This document shows positions 12,961-23,912 of a stretch of 64,000 nucleotides of DNA, piece by piece; positions within the stretch are counted from its first letter, which is position 1; each line of letters starts with the position of its first letter. The position numbers and the translations under genes were made by a program. The DNA comes from Dicyema japonicum (taxonomy: Eukaryota; Animalia; Dicyemida): assembly GCA_011109175.1 (NCBI GenBank), contig RDEW01000008.1, forward strand, positions 753,954 through 817,953, in the 5' to 3' direction. The notes below the pieces were generated by a model, which saw only the letters and a program-made list of their open reading frames with translations, did not search any database and was not told where the DNA came from.

Positions 12961-13162
12961 GACTATTCGTTTAANTTGTTGGATGCAAGGGGTCAATAAT
13001 TCAAAGAGGATACATATGGTGTCTCGTTAAACCAGACCCCATCAACCTTGCCAAACTCGTTGGCTTCTCTTTTTTTAATTAGTTTTTGATTAGTAACGAG
13101 TTTGTTATGTTAATAAAGTATCTATTTAAATAAGTTCGACTTGTGAGAGACTATTCGTTTAA
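12788..13162. repeat. 187-bp tandem duplication across a single N (probable assembly/haplotype artefact)
   Basis: 12788-12974 and 12976-13162, N at 12975, a few substitutions between copies. Confidence 0.85.
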
Positions 13163-13164
13163 TT

Positions 13165-14420
13165 TCGAGCAAAAAATCGATTTTGCAAGTAGCGCTCGCG
13201 GCATAATACCGTTGTTATGGAAGCAAGCCAACATCCGACCTATACTGAAACTTTGAAGACCTAAGGAAGATCCGGCATCATTTAAACCTGTGTTATTGTT
13301 ATGTTTCGTATCGAAAATCCTAGAGAGGCTTGTGTTTGGGAGAATCAAGGCTTTCTTACCAGAAAAGGATTTTCAACACAGATTCAAGAGCGATTATTCT
13401 ACATCAACGTACCTACAGAAATTAACCAATTTCATTAGAGATGGATTTTCAAACAAACCAAGGCATCTGAAGACAGTCTTATGTTCCAATGATTCTATTT
13501 CGAGAAAAATATTATCAAAGAAAATTTTCCAGTCCGAAATCAAACTTTGGATAAAAATTTCTTAAGTGGACGACGGGGACGTGTATGCCTCGGAGGACTG
13601 AAATTATTCTCGCGTCTTTTCCCAAACGGTATCCCCCGCCTTATTCAATTTATACCTGGCCGACTTCCCGACACCGGAATCCAATAACGATGTTCTACTC
13701 TCATATGCGGACGACATTGTTTGGCCTCGCGTGATCGGGATCTCCAAAATGCTACAGAAAGATTACAAATTAACCTGAACCGACTCAACGTCTGGGTAAT
13801 GAAGAACCGACTCACGATAAATTCCGGAAACTCGGTCACGTCTATGTTCACTTCGGGCAAAAGGTTGGGGAAGATGACTGTCAAGTTAAAATTGAACAAC
13901 GTTGAAATCCCCTTCACCAAATGTCAGTAGATCCTGGGCGTGACACTGGATACGCACTTATGTTTGTCACCACACGTGGCAAATATTGTTCTGAAGTGCG
14001 AGAAGAGAATCAATGTATTAAAATGTTTATCTGGAATATGGAAGACAGGTACCCACCCAGTCTTGATGACATTTACAAGCAATACATCGAACCATGCTTC
14101 TCGTACGCGTGTGCTTCGTGGAGACCTTCATTATCATGGACGAACACTAAGTAAATTGAGGAAGAAGGGTTTCAGAATGACGGAGCGTTGGTCTTGTGAG
14201 AGACACAGAACCGGACCGACTACTCTGTAGGCCTTCATTAAACAAAACTCCGGCATGCGGAAAGGTGTCCTTGCAAATACAGTCAGGCGCCCAGTACGAG
14301 CTTGTGTGGGTACGAGGGAGGAGCACCCGGAAAAATGAGGATTTTGGGTGAACGCATCGGGATCACGTGATAGTTAGTTTGGTTTTACCGTGGTCTTGGG
14401 TTTTAAATAAATAAATAAAA
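13165..14420 (+). mobile_element. I-group (Ingi/Vingi-like) LINE RT and 3' end, degenerate
   Basis: KPVLLLCFVSKILER, FQHRF, LSYADDI, ILGVTLD, YKQYIEPCFSYAC; ends in a stem-loop plus (AAAT)n. Confidence 0.8.
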
Positions 14421-15114
14421 ATAAAAGGCCATCCACTGAGATAGCAGTACAAATAGAAAAAAATTTTTCTTATGTTTCTGACTGATTTTTTCCGGAGTGA
14501 CTCCTTTCTTACAAATTTGAATCTTATAGAGCAATTCACTTCCATTTCATCAATAAAAATTAGACGTTGATTTTCAATTTATATGAGTTTTCTGTTTTTA
14601 TCGGATACACTCATTTTTTTTAATAATTGTCGTATATTATCACGTCCAGGCTGATATGTCTATTTACGTGCACCGGCCTTCTATCGNGAAAGGTGTCCTT
14701 GCAAATACAGTCAGGCGCCCAGTACGAGCTTGTGTGGGTACGAGGGAGGAGCACCCGGAAAAATGAGGATTTTGGGGGAACGCATCGGGATCACGTGATA
14801 GTTAGTTTGGTTTTACCGTGGTCTTGGGTTTTAAATAAATAAATAAAAATAAAAGGCCATCCACTGAGATAGCAGTACAAATAGAAAAAAATTTTTCTTA
14901 TGTTTCTGACTGATTTTTTCCGGAGTGACTCCTTTCTTACAAATTTGAATCTTATAGAGCAATTCACTTCCATTTCATCAATAAAAATTAGACGTTGATT
15001 TTCAATTTATATGAGTTTACTGTTTTTATCGGATACACTCATTTTTTTTAATAATTGTCGTATATTATCACGTCCAGGCTGATATGTCTATTTACGTGCA
15101 CCGGCCTTCTATCG
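14260..15114. repeat. 427-bp tandem duplication across a single N (probable assembly/haplotype artefact)
   Basis: 14260-14686 and 14688-15114, N at 14687, two substitutions seen. Confidence 0.88.
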
Positions 15115-15339
15115 CTGATTGGTAGAAGCGATCGGATCCTAGCTGCAGAGAGTGATGAAGTCGGAACCATTATTCCTTATTGCCGCGTTGTTGAGTAATG
15201 GGAGGAATAATTGAGCAGGGAATAGGTTATGCGGACCGTTGTTGCTTTTAGGAATTAAGAAGTTTGAAATTGAAATTCCGTAAGCCCGTGAGGCACGGCC
15301 ACACTGCACCGTCGGCTTCAAGAACTGGTAGTCTACAAC

Positions 15340-16000
15340 TTGTCTCCTCATTTGATTAAGTTATTATATGATTCTCTCAACCTTTGCATCGCTCATACTC
15401 TCTGGTCTCATCGCTGTCTAGCACATATGTTTGACCTTATTCTACTTATGATGTGTGGAGACATTGAGCCCAACCCTGGTCCTCGTGGTTACCTGAAGAT
15501 GATACAATTAAATGTTAATGGAATCAAAAGGAAAATCCTCGAACTTAGCATTCTTCTCTGATGAAATCACCTTGATATTGCATTTAATCAGGTATATAAG
15601 CTCTCTTCCACCCTACCAACACCTAATTTGCCCCTCCATAGTGTGATTTTTAACGACCGCCATGGTGGAGGTTTACTTATCATTCATTATATGAACGGCT
15701 TATCCTTCACAGATTTCGTGGATTTCAGAGCTTTTGAGCCCAGACTCTATCACCGGACAGATCAAAATCAACTTTCATTAATTTTCGATTATTCTGATCA
15801 ACTTATATATCCCTCTTCAGGGATCCTTCCCTTCTCCCTACAAATCACAATTATTTCGTATCCCCGAGTTGGAAAACTTATTAATATGCGGGGATCCAGA
15901 TAGAAAGCATCTACTCCAACAACAGAGGGAACACATTTCAAACATCCTCGAGAACCCAATTGTGGATGACGCATGCACATTTCCTGACTTTACCATATTC
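15340..16000 (+). mobile_element. LINE 5' part: 2A-like peptide followed by APE endonuclease, degenerate
   Basis: LILLMMCGDIEPNPGP then MIQLNVNGIKRKILEL and NDRHGGGLL. Confidence 0.8.
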
Positions 16001-17339
16001 TCACCCTCTCTAGCGGAAATTTACATAAAAATGAACTAAAAAGCTCGAGTGTTTGTGGTCCTGACAGAACCATTCTGAAGCCTGGAACCTAAAAGACATT
16101 AACGAGTTGTTGGTATCATATCATTCTGTAACTTCAACCGCCAGGTCAACATGTAACCTGTTCATATTTATCGATGGATAAAGAGGAACCCAAAATCTTA
16201 ATTGGATTTGCGTAGATACCCGTCAAAAGCTCTCCCATGATTCTAGGAGTAACCAATGGCAAGCTGATATGCATCATCACCCAAACGAATATGACTTTAA
16301 AGAAGGGGATCCAGAAACTGAAGGCCATAAGCTCTGTTAGCATGAGTATTTTCCAATTGGCCAAATTCATCATAAAACTTTATCGACAAACTAACAGACT
16401 ATGGAGTATGCCTCGCCTGGAGATTCTCACTATCCGAGTTGATGACAAAAGAAGAATATTGATTACTATCAACCAAAGCGAGAACTAAGTGATCACAAAG
16501 TGAATTTATTTTATTTAAGAAAACCTTTGGTGTGGGATGATGCTTGTGTCCCACTTTCCCCTACAACATTATCGGGAGCACGGTAGAGACATTGTATGCC
16601 GCGAAAAAAACAATGAAAGCAAAGGAGAAAAAGTATGAAGCATTGCATGATCGGTTCACTTTCCATTCCATTGTGGTCGAGAACTGGAAGAATTAGTGGA
16701 ATATCGCTTCGCTTCTTAAAGAAACTTGAACGCCTAGCTACACTAAAAAGTCATGACGTACATAAAACCCGACGGCTTCTCCAGTTGATCTCTGTTGCAA
16801 TCATGAGAGGCAACGCAACGTCGATAATGTCGGTCCACTTTGGATGGTTGGCTGTGTTAATTTAATTATTGATTTTATTTCATAATATTAATTTAAAATT
16901 TAAAAAAACCCAAAAACACAAAGAAAGCTTAAATAAACTAATTAGGTGATCCGAATCACCAATAGCTCCAAAATCTCCTTTAATGTTCCGCTAACGACTT
17001 AACTGATTTTTAGGAAGTGGCTTTTGTTGTTTCTGCATAGGAATCCTATGCTCTTCTTTATGGTCGATCGGAATTTTTCTACGTGAACCACCCTTTTCTG
17101 AGTGAGTTTCCTGGCTCCTTGCAGAAACGTAGGAAACCTCCTATGGGAGGTGACTGGCGATGGATGTTCTGTGGGATTGAATAAGTCGTATGGTTAAATT
17201 ATTATTATTAACCCCCGATACCCGAGAACAAAGTTAACAGTAAACAACTTGTTAAGTGTATCCAGTTTCCACTGTTACAGAAAAAGTACAAAAGTCCATC
17301 CGGAACCAGCATAAAAGGTAAAAGACGTCCATTCTCAGA

Positions 17340-18550
17340 CGTCTATTGATTTTGAATGCATATGGTCAAGTTGTGGACTCTACTTCACAATCAAAAAGGA
17401 CCCACTACCCTTTCCAATCCATCACGCTCAAAGGAAAATTGTCCAATGAAAGGAAAACAATATTACGGCCAGACTACAAAAATGTCAACTGGAGTTTGTT
17501 CTCACACTTCGTCGACTACAACTTGTATGGTTTTGACCCTAACAACTTCAACTCTCTCGATAACGCTTTACTCTACTTCAATAGTGTACTGCGTGAAGGC
17601 ATAAGGACTTTTATCATAATAAAGCTTGTCTACTTCACGAAAAAGCCTTCCCGCGCACCCGCTCACTTACGAAGGAAAGAAATTGCCTAAAAAGCCTACA
17701 GAAACAGTCTTGGGAAACCAGGGCGAAGATCTAGCCTTGGAGAGAGATCAGATACAAGGCTAAGATGAAACAGGAAAGAGACTGGAATAACCTTATGTAC
17801 ACCTTAAACAAACAGTCTTCCCTCACGAGGATGTGGAATACTCTTCGGGGCTTTACCAACTCTTTGAGACCGCCTCCTTGCGAAGACCTAGAGAACAAGA
17901 ACTTTTTAAACAAGATTATAAAATTTTACTCCTCCGTGAGCTTCATCCCACACAAGAAAACTGAGGGTCCTCCCACATCCTCAACAAAGCCAAAACACGA
18001 GGAAACTTCTAACAGCCTTTCAATGGACGTCGTGCGGAAAGCTATTCAAAACCAGAAATCGTCTTATGCATGTGGTCCAGATGGAATTCCCTCCATTGAA
18101 CTTAAGAAGATAGGCCTCTACACCATCTTGGCCTTAACCAGAATTTATAACTTCTCAATCAGTAGGAACTCGATTCCCACTCTATGGCAATTATCCCATA
18201 TTCGGTTCATCTTAAAACCTGAACGGCCGAAGGACTCACCAACTTCGTACAGACCAATATCCCTCCTGTGTGCCACCTCGAAAATCCTGGATTAACTCAT
18301 TTTCCTTACCTCTCAGACGTATCCTTCCACATGAATTTAAGGAGGCTCGTTTCACAACTACCCACCAACTTGCCTTACAAAATTCATCAAGGAAGGCCTT
18401 CAACGCAAACCTCGGCATCAAAAGACCATTATGTGTTCCATTGACATACAAAAGGCTTTTGGCTCAATACCGAGGAAACTGTTCACTAGGAAGATTTATG
18501 GCTCTAACATTTCAAACAACCTGAAAATTTGGCTTCCAAGAGACAGTAAC
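17340..18550 (+). mobile_element. I-group LINE EN-RT linker and RT N-terminus, degenerate
   Basis: DYKNVNWSLF, CGPDGIPSIELKK, SYRPISLLCATSKIL, IDIQKAFG; closely related to 47000-49500. Confidence 0.8.
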
Positions 18551-18809
18551 GAAAACCCTACAAAAGTTGAGTGGGGGAGAGCAAATGATCCTTTTTCGTG
18601 CCACCTGGATTACATGACGCCACTCTAGTAGGAAATGGAAGAGGAGGAAGAGACAAAACAGACAAAAATCTTAACCAATTAGCCACATGGCCTTGCAAAA
18701 ATAAGCATAAAAATGAATATATTCATGGTTTGAATGCCTAATATTTCTCGAATATTGCTTTAATAATAAATTACTAATAAATTTGAATTGTTAATTAAAT
18801 TAATTAAAT

Positions 18810-19920
18810 ATGTCTTGTGGTTTATATTTTTTATGAATATTCAACTGAATAATATTTATACTTAGAAAATGGTCACGTGGATGTAATAAACTCAATTTGT
18901 TCGAATTACAATGGTACTCGTTTATTAACAACTTCAACCGACCATACTGTGAAGGTACTAACTTTTCAGTCATTAGGGTTTGGGACTTGGTCGACGGAAC
19001 GTGGTCCTGTACCTCATCACTGCCAGTTTTATGACATGGTTATTACAGCATCACAGTGGAAAGGTCTTTTCTGGAGTTGGGCCCCAGAGAAGTACGGGAA
19101 TGTCATAGCAACCGGGGGATCCGACTGCACTGTTCATATTCTAAATGAAGATGGTATATGGTGGCAACATTTGAAGAATTCGTTTGTACGTCAACACAAA
19201 TGTGGAGCCGACGGTGGAAACGCTGTGACCTGCTAGATCTCTGGAAAAAGTCGGTTATTGCAGTAAAATTCAGCCCACGTGACCTCGTCCTGGTTGTTTG
19301 TATAATAATCGCAGGCTGTAATGACCATAAACGGAGTCGTCAGCATTTGCTGTGCAACGGAGCCGTGTTTCTTCCGTCACTGGTGCGCATCTTACACGAT
19401 TGAATTGAACCTGACCTGCAGTTGTATTTGCTGGAGTACTTCCAGGTTGTTTTTGTCGTTTTACAGTGGAAAAACCCGCGATCTTCTTGCGATAGGCCTT
19501 GACGCCTCTGAGTTGAACTCAAATTCCGTAATTCTGACGGATGTGACTGCGAAAATCAAAAAATATCTGGGGCCCAAAAAGTCAACAGTTAGTGACGTCA
19601 TTTTTGCTCCCAAAATAGGACGACGTCATCATTTATTGGGGTTGCCACCAAAGAGGTGGTCATGGTATATAAATTCAACGAGTTTTATCACAGTAGTTAT
19701 TATAGGGATGTTTTTGGGGGAGACTGTATAAGGAGACGCTTATATGCAAATTCAGTCAATTGGATGAGATAATTCCTCGTTTGGGGTGGAATGTCTTTTG
19801 GGAATATCTTGGTTGTGTATGAGAGTACGTTCAAATGTCTCGCCTATAAGAGTTCTAGTTATTCGATTATTACAGGTGAATTCGATCACGATGAATTTTT
19901 CAAATTTACTTTTTTTTAAA
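18810..19920 (+). pseudogene. SEH1: SEH1 nucleoporin/GATOR2 WD40 gene with six short introns; frameshifted (pseudogene or sequencing errors)
   Basis: Spliced reading: MSCENGHVDVINSICSNYNGTRLLTTSTDHTVK-VWDL..HHSGKV..SWAPEKYGNVIATGGSD..SVIAVKFSPR..CSCICWST..VSDVIFAPKIGRRHHLL..RLGWNVFGNIL. Introns at 18820-18865, 18955-18976, 19026-19048, 19154-19176, 19293-19314 and 19446-19466. Confidence 0.8.
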
Positions 19921-20499
19921 TTTTTACTCTTTGTTTATTGTGTAATCTTTGGTTCCTAAGTGTTCTTTTTAGTGGAGCATGTTTGTGCAGATTCTACTTT
20001 AGATCCAATGTTCCCTCAGACTTATAGAATGTGAAGAAAATACTAACCTGCCTCTTTGACAAGTCCCCATATTCATTTATTGGGCATTTATATTTGAATC
20101 CATTTATTTAATAACCCCTGGTATACCTGAAGGAGGTCTAATTAAGGTATATCCGCTCCCATGGTCGGAGTGATACACGTCCTTTCTGAGCATCACGTCA
20201 GTCCATATTCGACATTGTGGGAACCTCTCCAGTGTAGCAGGAAAGAGATGGACTCTTTTGGATGCCGGCTAGGTATTGGAAGTTTCCTGAGATAGGTGGA
20301 TCTGAAGAAGAGACAGAGCAGACGGAAACCTTTTGAGTCTCTGATTAAAAATGATAAAAATCACTGAACCGAAAGTGACTTAATAAACCATTAGTTCACT
20401 TAGTACGTCGATATGGGGAATTCCCTCATTAATTCAATAAAGACCCTTACGAACCGCATTCTTCGGGCTCAAATCTCCGATTATGCCATAGGACTCCTT

Positions 20500-21060
20500 T
20501 TTTGCATCCAAATTAATCGTCTTCAGAAAGCCTTATGGTGGGTTAAGACCCATCGCTACATAATCAGGCGCCCGACGGGGAAGAGTGTTGCCAGAACAGC
20601 AAGTAAGACTCTATCCCTATACATGCTGATATTAGGACAAAACATCATCGAATCCAAGACTGGAGTCGAACAGGTGACCCCATTGCCCCTACTATTTGCC
20701 ATGTGTATCGATTGTGAAGCTTCACCGATCAGAACCCCACAAAAGTTATGGTACCTGGATGATACGACCATCGGAGAGAATTTGGAAATTGTGGTGGCAG
20801 AGGTCGAGTTCGCCATCTTTGCTATTGCAGCACTTTGGTTGGAATCAAATCCGTAAAAATGTGAAATCATTAGCGTTGCTTGCAGAAGGACGACTTTAAC
20901 CATGTAGTGACTACGATTTCTACTTATCTCCAAGACGTCTAGTCACCCGACTCGAAAACGTGATTTTTCTCGGTTCTCATGTCTATAATATGTCAACTCT
21001 CCTTGAAGAGAAAAATGTATCCGTTCATCTATTCACATCAAACTTAAAAACCAGGTCTTT
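20500..21060 (+). mobile_element. CRE-clade RT fragment
   Basis: TGVEQVTPLPLLFAMCID..KLWYLDDTTIG..LESNP*KCEII resembles the CRE pattern GVQQGDPL..WYLDD..LNPSKCE. Confidence 0.7.
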
Positions 21061-21309
21061 ATTCTTCCTCACATGGAGCCATCGACGAGAAGATTTCGAC
21101 TGCCAGTGAAGAAACACTTAAATTTTTTTTATAAAACTGCATGGATCCAATGCAAACTACTGCTTACTACGTAGGAATCTAAATACGCTTACCAGTAGAA
21201 CTCGCCTCCTGCTTTTCTATATTCGCCATATGCTTCCAATGGTCTCATAAACAAGACCCTAGGCTATATTAAGGATCGGACGCTACACCAGTGGAATGTA
21301 CTATTCGGA

Positions 21310-23200
21310 AAGTATTATTATTATCATAACCCCGGGAATACAGGAAAGAGGAAAAAGTTATCGTCTAATTAAGTGATCCCGGTGTCAGTGGGTCTTCCTT
21401 TGTTTTGACTTTGTCTACAATCTTTTATGATCGTCCAAAAGGGGAAAGGTTTGATCTCAAATTTGCGAGCATACTTCTGGTAGGCGAGAAACTCATCTTC
21501 AAGGGGGTTACCAGAAGATCGCACTATTTTCAAGAATTTTTGTTGTTTGTCACCGAGATGTTCCATAATTTTTTGAGATCTAATGTGTTCCTCATTTCTG
21601 ACGTAGGCGTCATTCTGTCACATTTAAAAGGATCCGGAGGCATTGGTTTTGTATGACCTCTAATTTGTTCTGCGTGGATATTGACAAAGGTGTAAGCCGT
21701 ACATGCATGTTCCATTGTAGAATATACTGTTTGTATAATAATTTGAGATGAGAAAGTGAAGATATTGGAGATCTATCAAAGGTCTTGAGGGTCCCCATCT
21801 TTTTTTGAACTCTTGCAATTATTGCGTCCACATGATGTGTGAACGTCATCAACAGGTCATATGTAACTCCAAGGATTGATGGGTTCTTATTAAGCTCTCC
21901 ATTCCAAGTTAATTTAGGATCGAAGGATGTATGTTTCCTGTAAAGGAGATAACCGCAGTGCTCGACTTCCCAGGGGATATTTTCATGTGGTTCTTGAGGA
22001 GCCATGGGTTCATAATGTCGAGGGTCTCCTGAACTCTCCGCGCAGCACTGTTCGGAAAGTATAAGTTTAGATTTTTATTTAATTTACTTAACCCCAAGAC
22101 CACCGAGAAAGAAAGGTCAAAACTAATTAATTAGGTGATCCCAACAATATTCGAACTCTCTTCATCTGGTCTTCTGATGACCCAACCGCATTCCGGAAGC
22201 GCTTTCTCTTCCTTCTGCAAAGGAATTCAATCGGCGTGTACTTTTTTTATAAACGACCGAAATTCCTGTGCATGGGCCACCTTTTCCTTGAGTGGGTCTC
22301 TCAGTTCCTTGCAGAAACGTAGGAAACCTTGGCCATTCTTCAACGTCGCCTCCTATGAAAACAGACTGGGGACGTTGTAGAGTCTGATAGTATGTGCCTC
22401 ATGATCTTTCGTCTGAGAAAATTTACACGCTCCACCCTCGTAGAAGGAATGACGAATCTCCAGGCAGAACATACATATTCAATCGTCGGCGCAATAACTT
22501 GGAGATATACTTTGCTGATCCAAGCAGTAGGAGGGAAGGTGCTCTTCTTTACGATGGCTTTTAGGAAGTTCCATTTTCGAAGACTCTTGGTTAACACCTC
22601 TTCGTGTGCAAACGTCATCAGACAGTCGAAAGTTACTCCAAGGATTTTTTGGACTCGTGTATAAAGGATGGGAATGTTTCCGAGGAATATCTCAAGTCCA
22701 CCTTTAAATCTTCTGTCCGTAGTAAATAGCGTGAACTGTGACTTGGGTGCAGACACAGACAGCAAATTCATGGATAGCCAGTCACACATTGATTAGCAGT
22801 GGGGATTTGGAAATCTGTTTCCCAAGTTGACCCCAAAATTCCAGCGTCGAATGTATTCAATTTTTGTATTTCTATCACAAAAATCGTCAGCTACCAATGT
22901 CCCCAAACTACATTGTTAGTGAACCTTCCACTATGAAATTCACTCTGCGAGGAATATCTCAAGTCCACCTTTAAATCTTCTGTCCGTAGTAAAATAGCGT
23001 GAACTGTGACTTGGGTGCAGACACAGACAGCAAATTCATGGATAGCCAGTCACACATCTGGTTGAGGTGTTTGATTGAACCATCGCCACAGCCCTGGAGG
23101 GATATTTGTCCCTTGCAGTGATAATCAAGTCGTCTGGATAAGATAAAAACATGGTGTCCTGATCATTGGGAGTAGGTAAATAAGTTTAGATTGAAATTTA
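21310..23200 (-). mobile_element. Two adjacent I-group LINE 3' fragments
   Basis: ILGVTYDLLMTF and KILGVTFDCLMTF thumb motifs, YPDDL; two separate 3' hairpin-and-tail ends near 21320 and 22080. Confidence 0.75.
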
Positions 23201-23283
23201 ATCTTGCTGTATATTGTCTTTTCGTCAAAAATCAAAAATATTTTATTATTAATTAAAAATTGTAAAAAATAAATATTAACGTT

Positions 23284-23912
23284 ATGCCGATTATTCCTCT
23301 TCGTGTGGCGTCACAGTCTTTTCGTAGAAATCTCGGATATTCAATTTATTCATATAGAATAGTCGCTATTTGAGTGCTCAGAAGGGAACAGAGGGGGATG
23401 ATGAAAATAATGAGAATTTGAAAATCATCTAGGAACTGCAAAATTGCAGGACAAAAATGGAGACCGAGTTAACAGAACTAAAGGTACCAAATTCACATAT
23501 TTAGGACAAATATGAGAAGTCTGGCTGAGCAGGAGAATATGAGGGTTCGACTGATGAAACAAATTGAAGAATCCAAGATCTTTGCAATCCAGTCATTTTC
23601 CAAGGATCTCTTAGAAGTAGCCGACGTCCTAGATAAAGCCATCGTTTCTGTCTCAAAAGGAGTCACTTACCTCTGAAAATCCCCACTTAATTAATTTATT
23701 CGAAGGACTTACCATGGCTGGGGATCAGTTCAAACAGATATTGTCGCGACATGGCATAATCGCTAGTTCCCAAGGTGGGGGACAAATTCGACCAATGATT
23801 CACTTTGCGCAGTATCAGGTACCAGCACTATCAGTCTGATTTTGGTGGGACTATCGCTGATTACATACGAGGACCATAAGGGCTGCTACTGTTGGAGTAT
23901 TTAAATTAACTG
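23284..23912 (+). pseudogene. GRPE: Mitochondrial GrpE co-chaperone pseudogene retaining a 21-nt intron
   Basis: TELK|DKY.RSLAEQENMRVRLMKQIEESKIFAIQSFSKDLLEVADVLDKA..ENPHLINLFEGLTM..VGDKFD..LHTRTIRAATVGVFK. Intron at 23484-23504; several frameshifts and stops. Confidence 0.88.

Noticed and set aside
12788-13162. 187-bp tandem repeat
   Set aside because: A single N sits exactly at the junction and the copies differ by a few substitutions, typical of two haplotypes or overlapping contig ends joined by a scaffolder.
14260-15114. 427-bp tandem repeat that could look like LTRs
   Set aside because: Same single-N junction signature; no TG..CA ends, PBS or internal region.
15270-15335. Possible Pr77/HDV-like leader upstream of the 2A motif
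   Set aside because: Only short helices (AAGCC/GGCUU, ACGG/CCGU) can be drawn; P1.1, P4 and J4/2 are missing.
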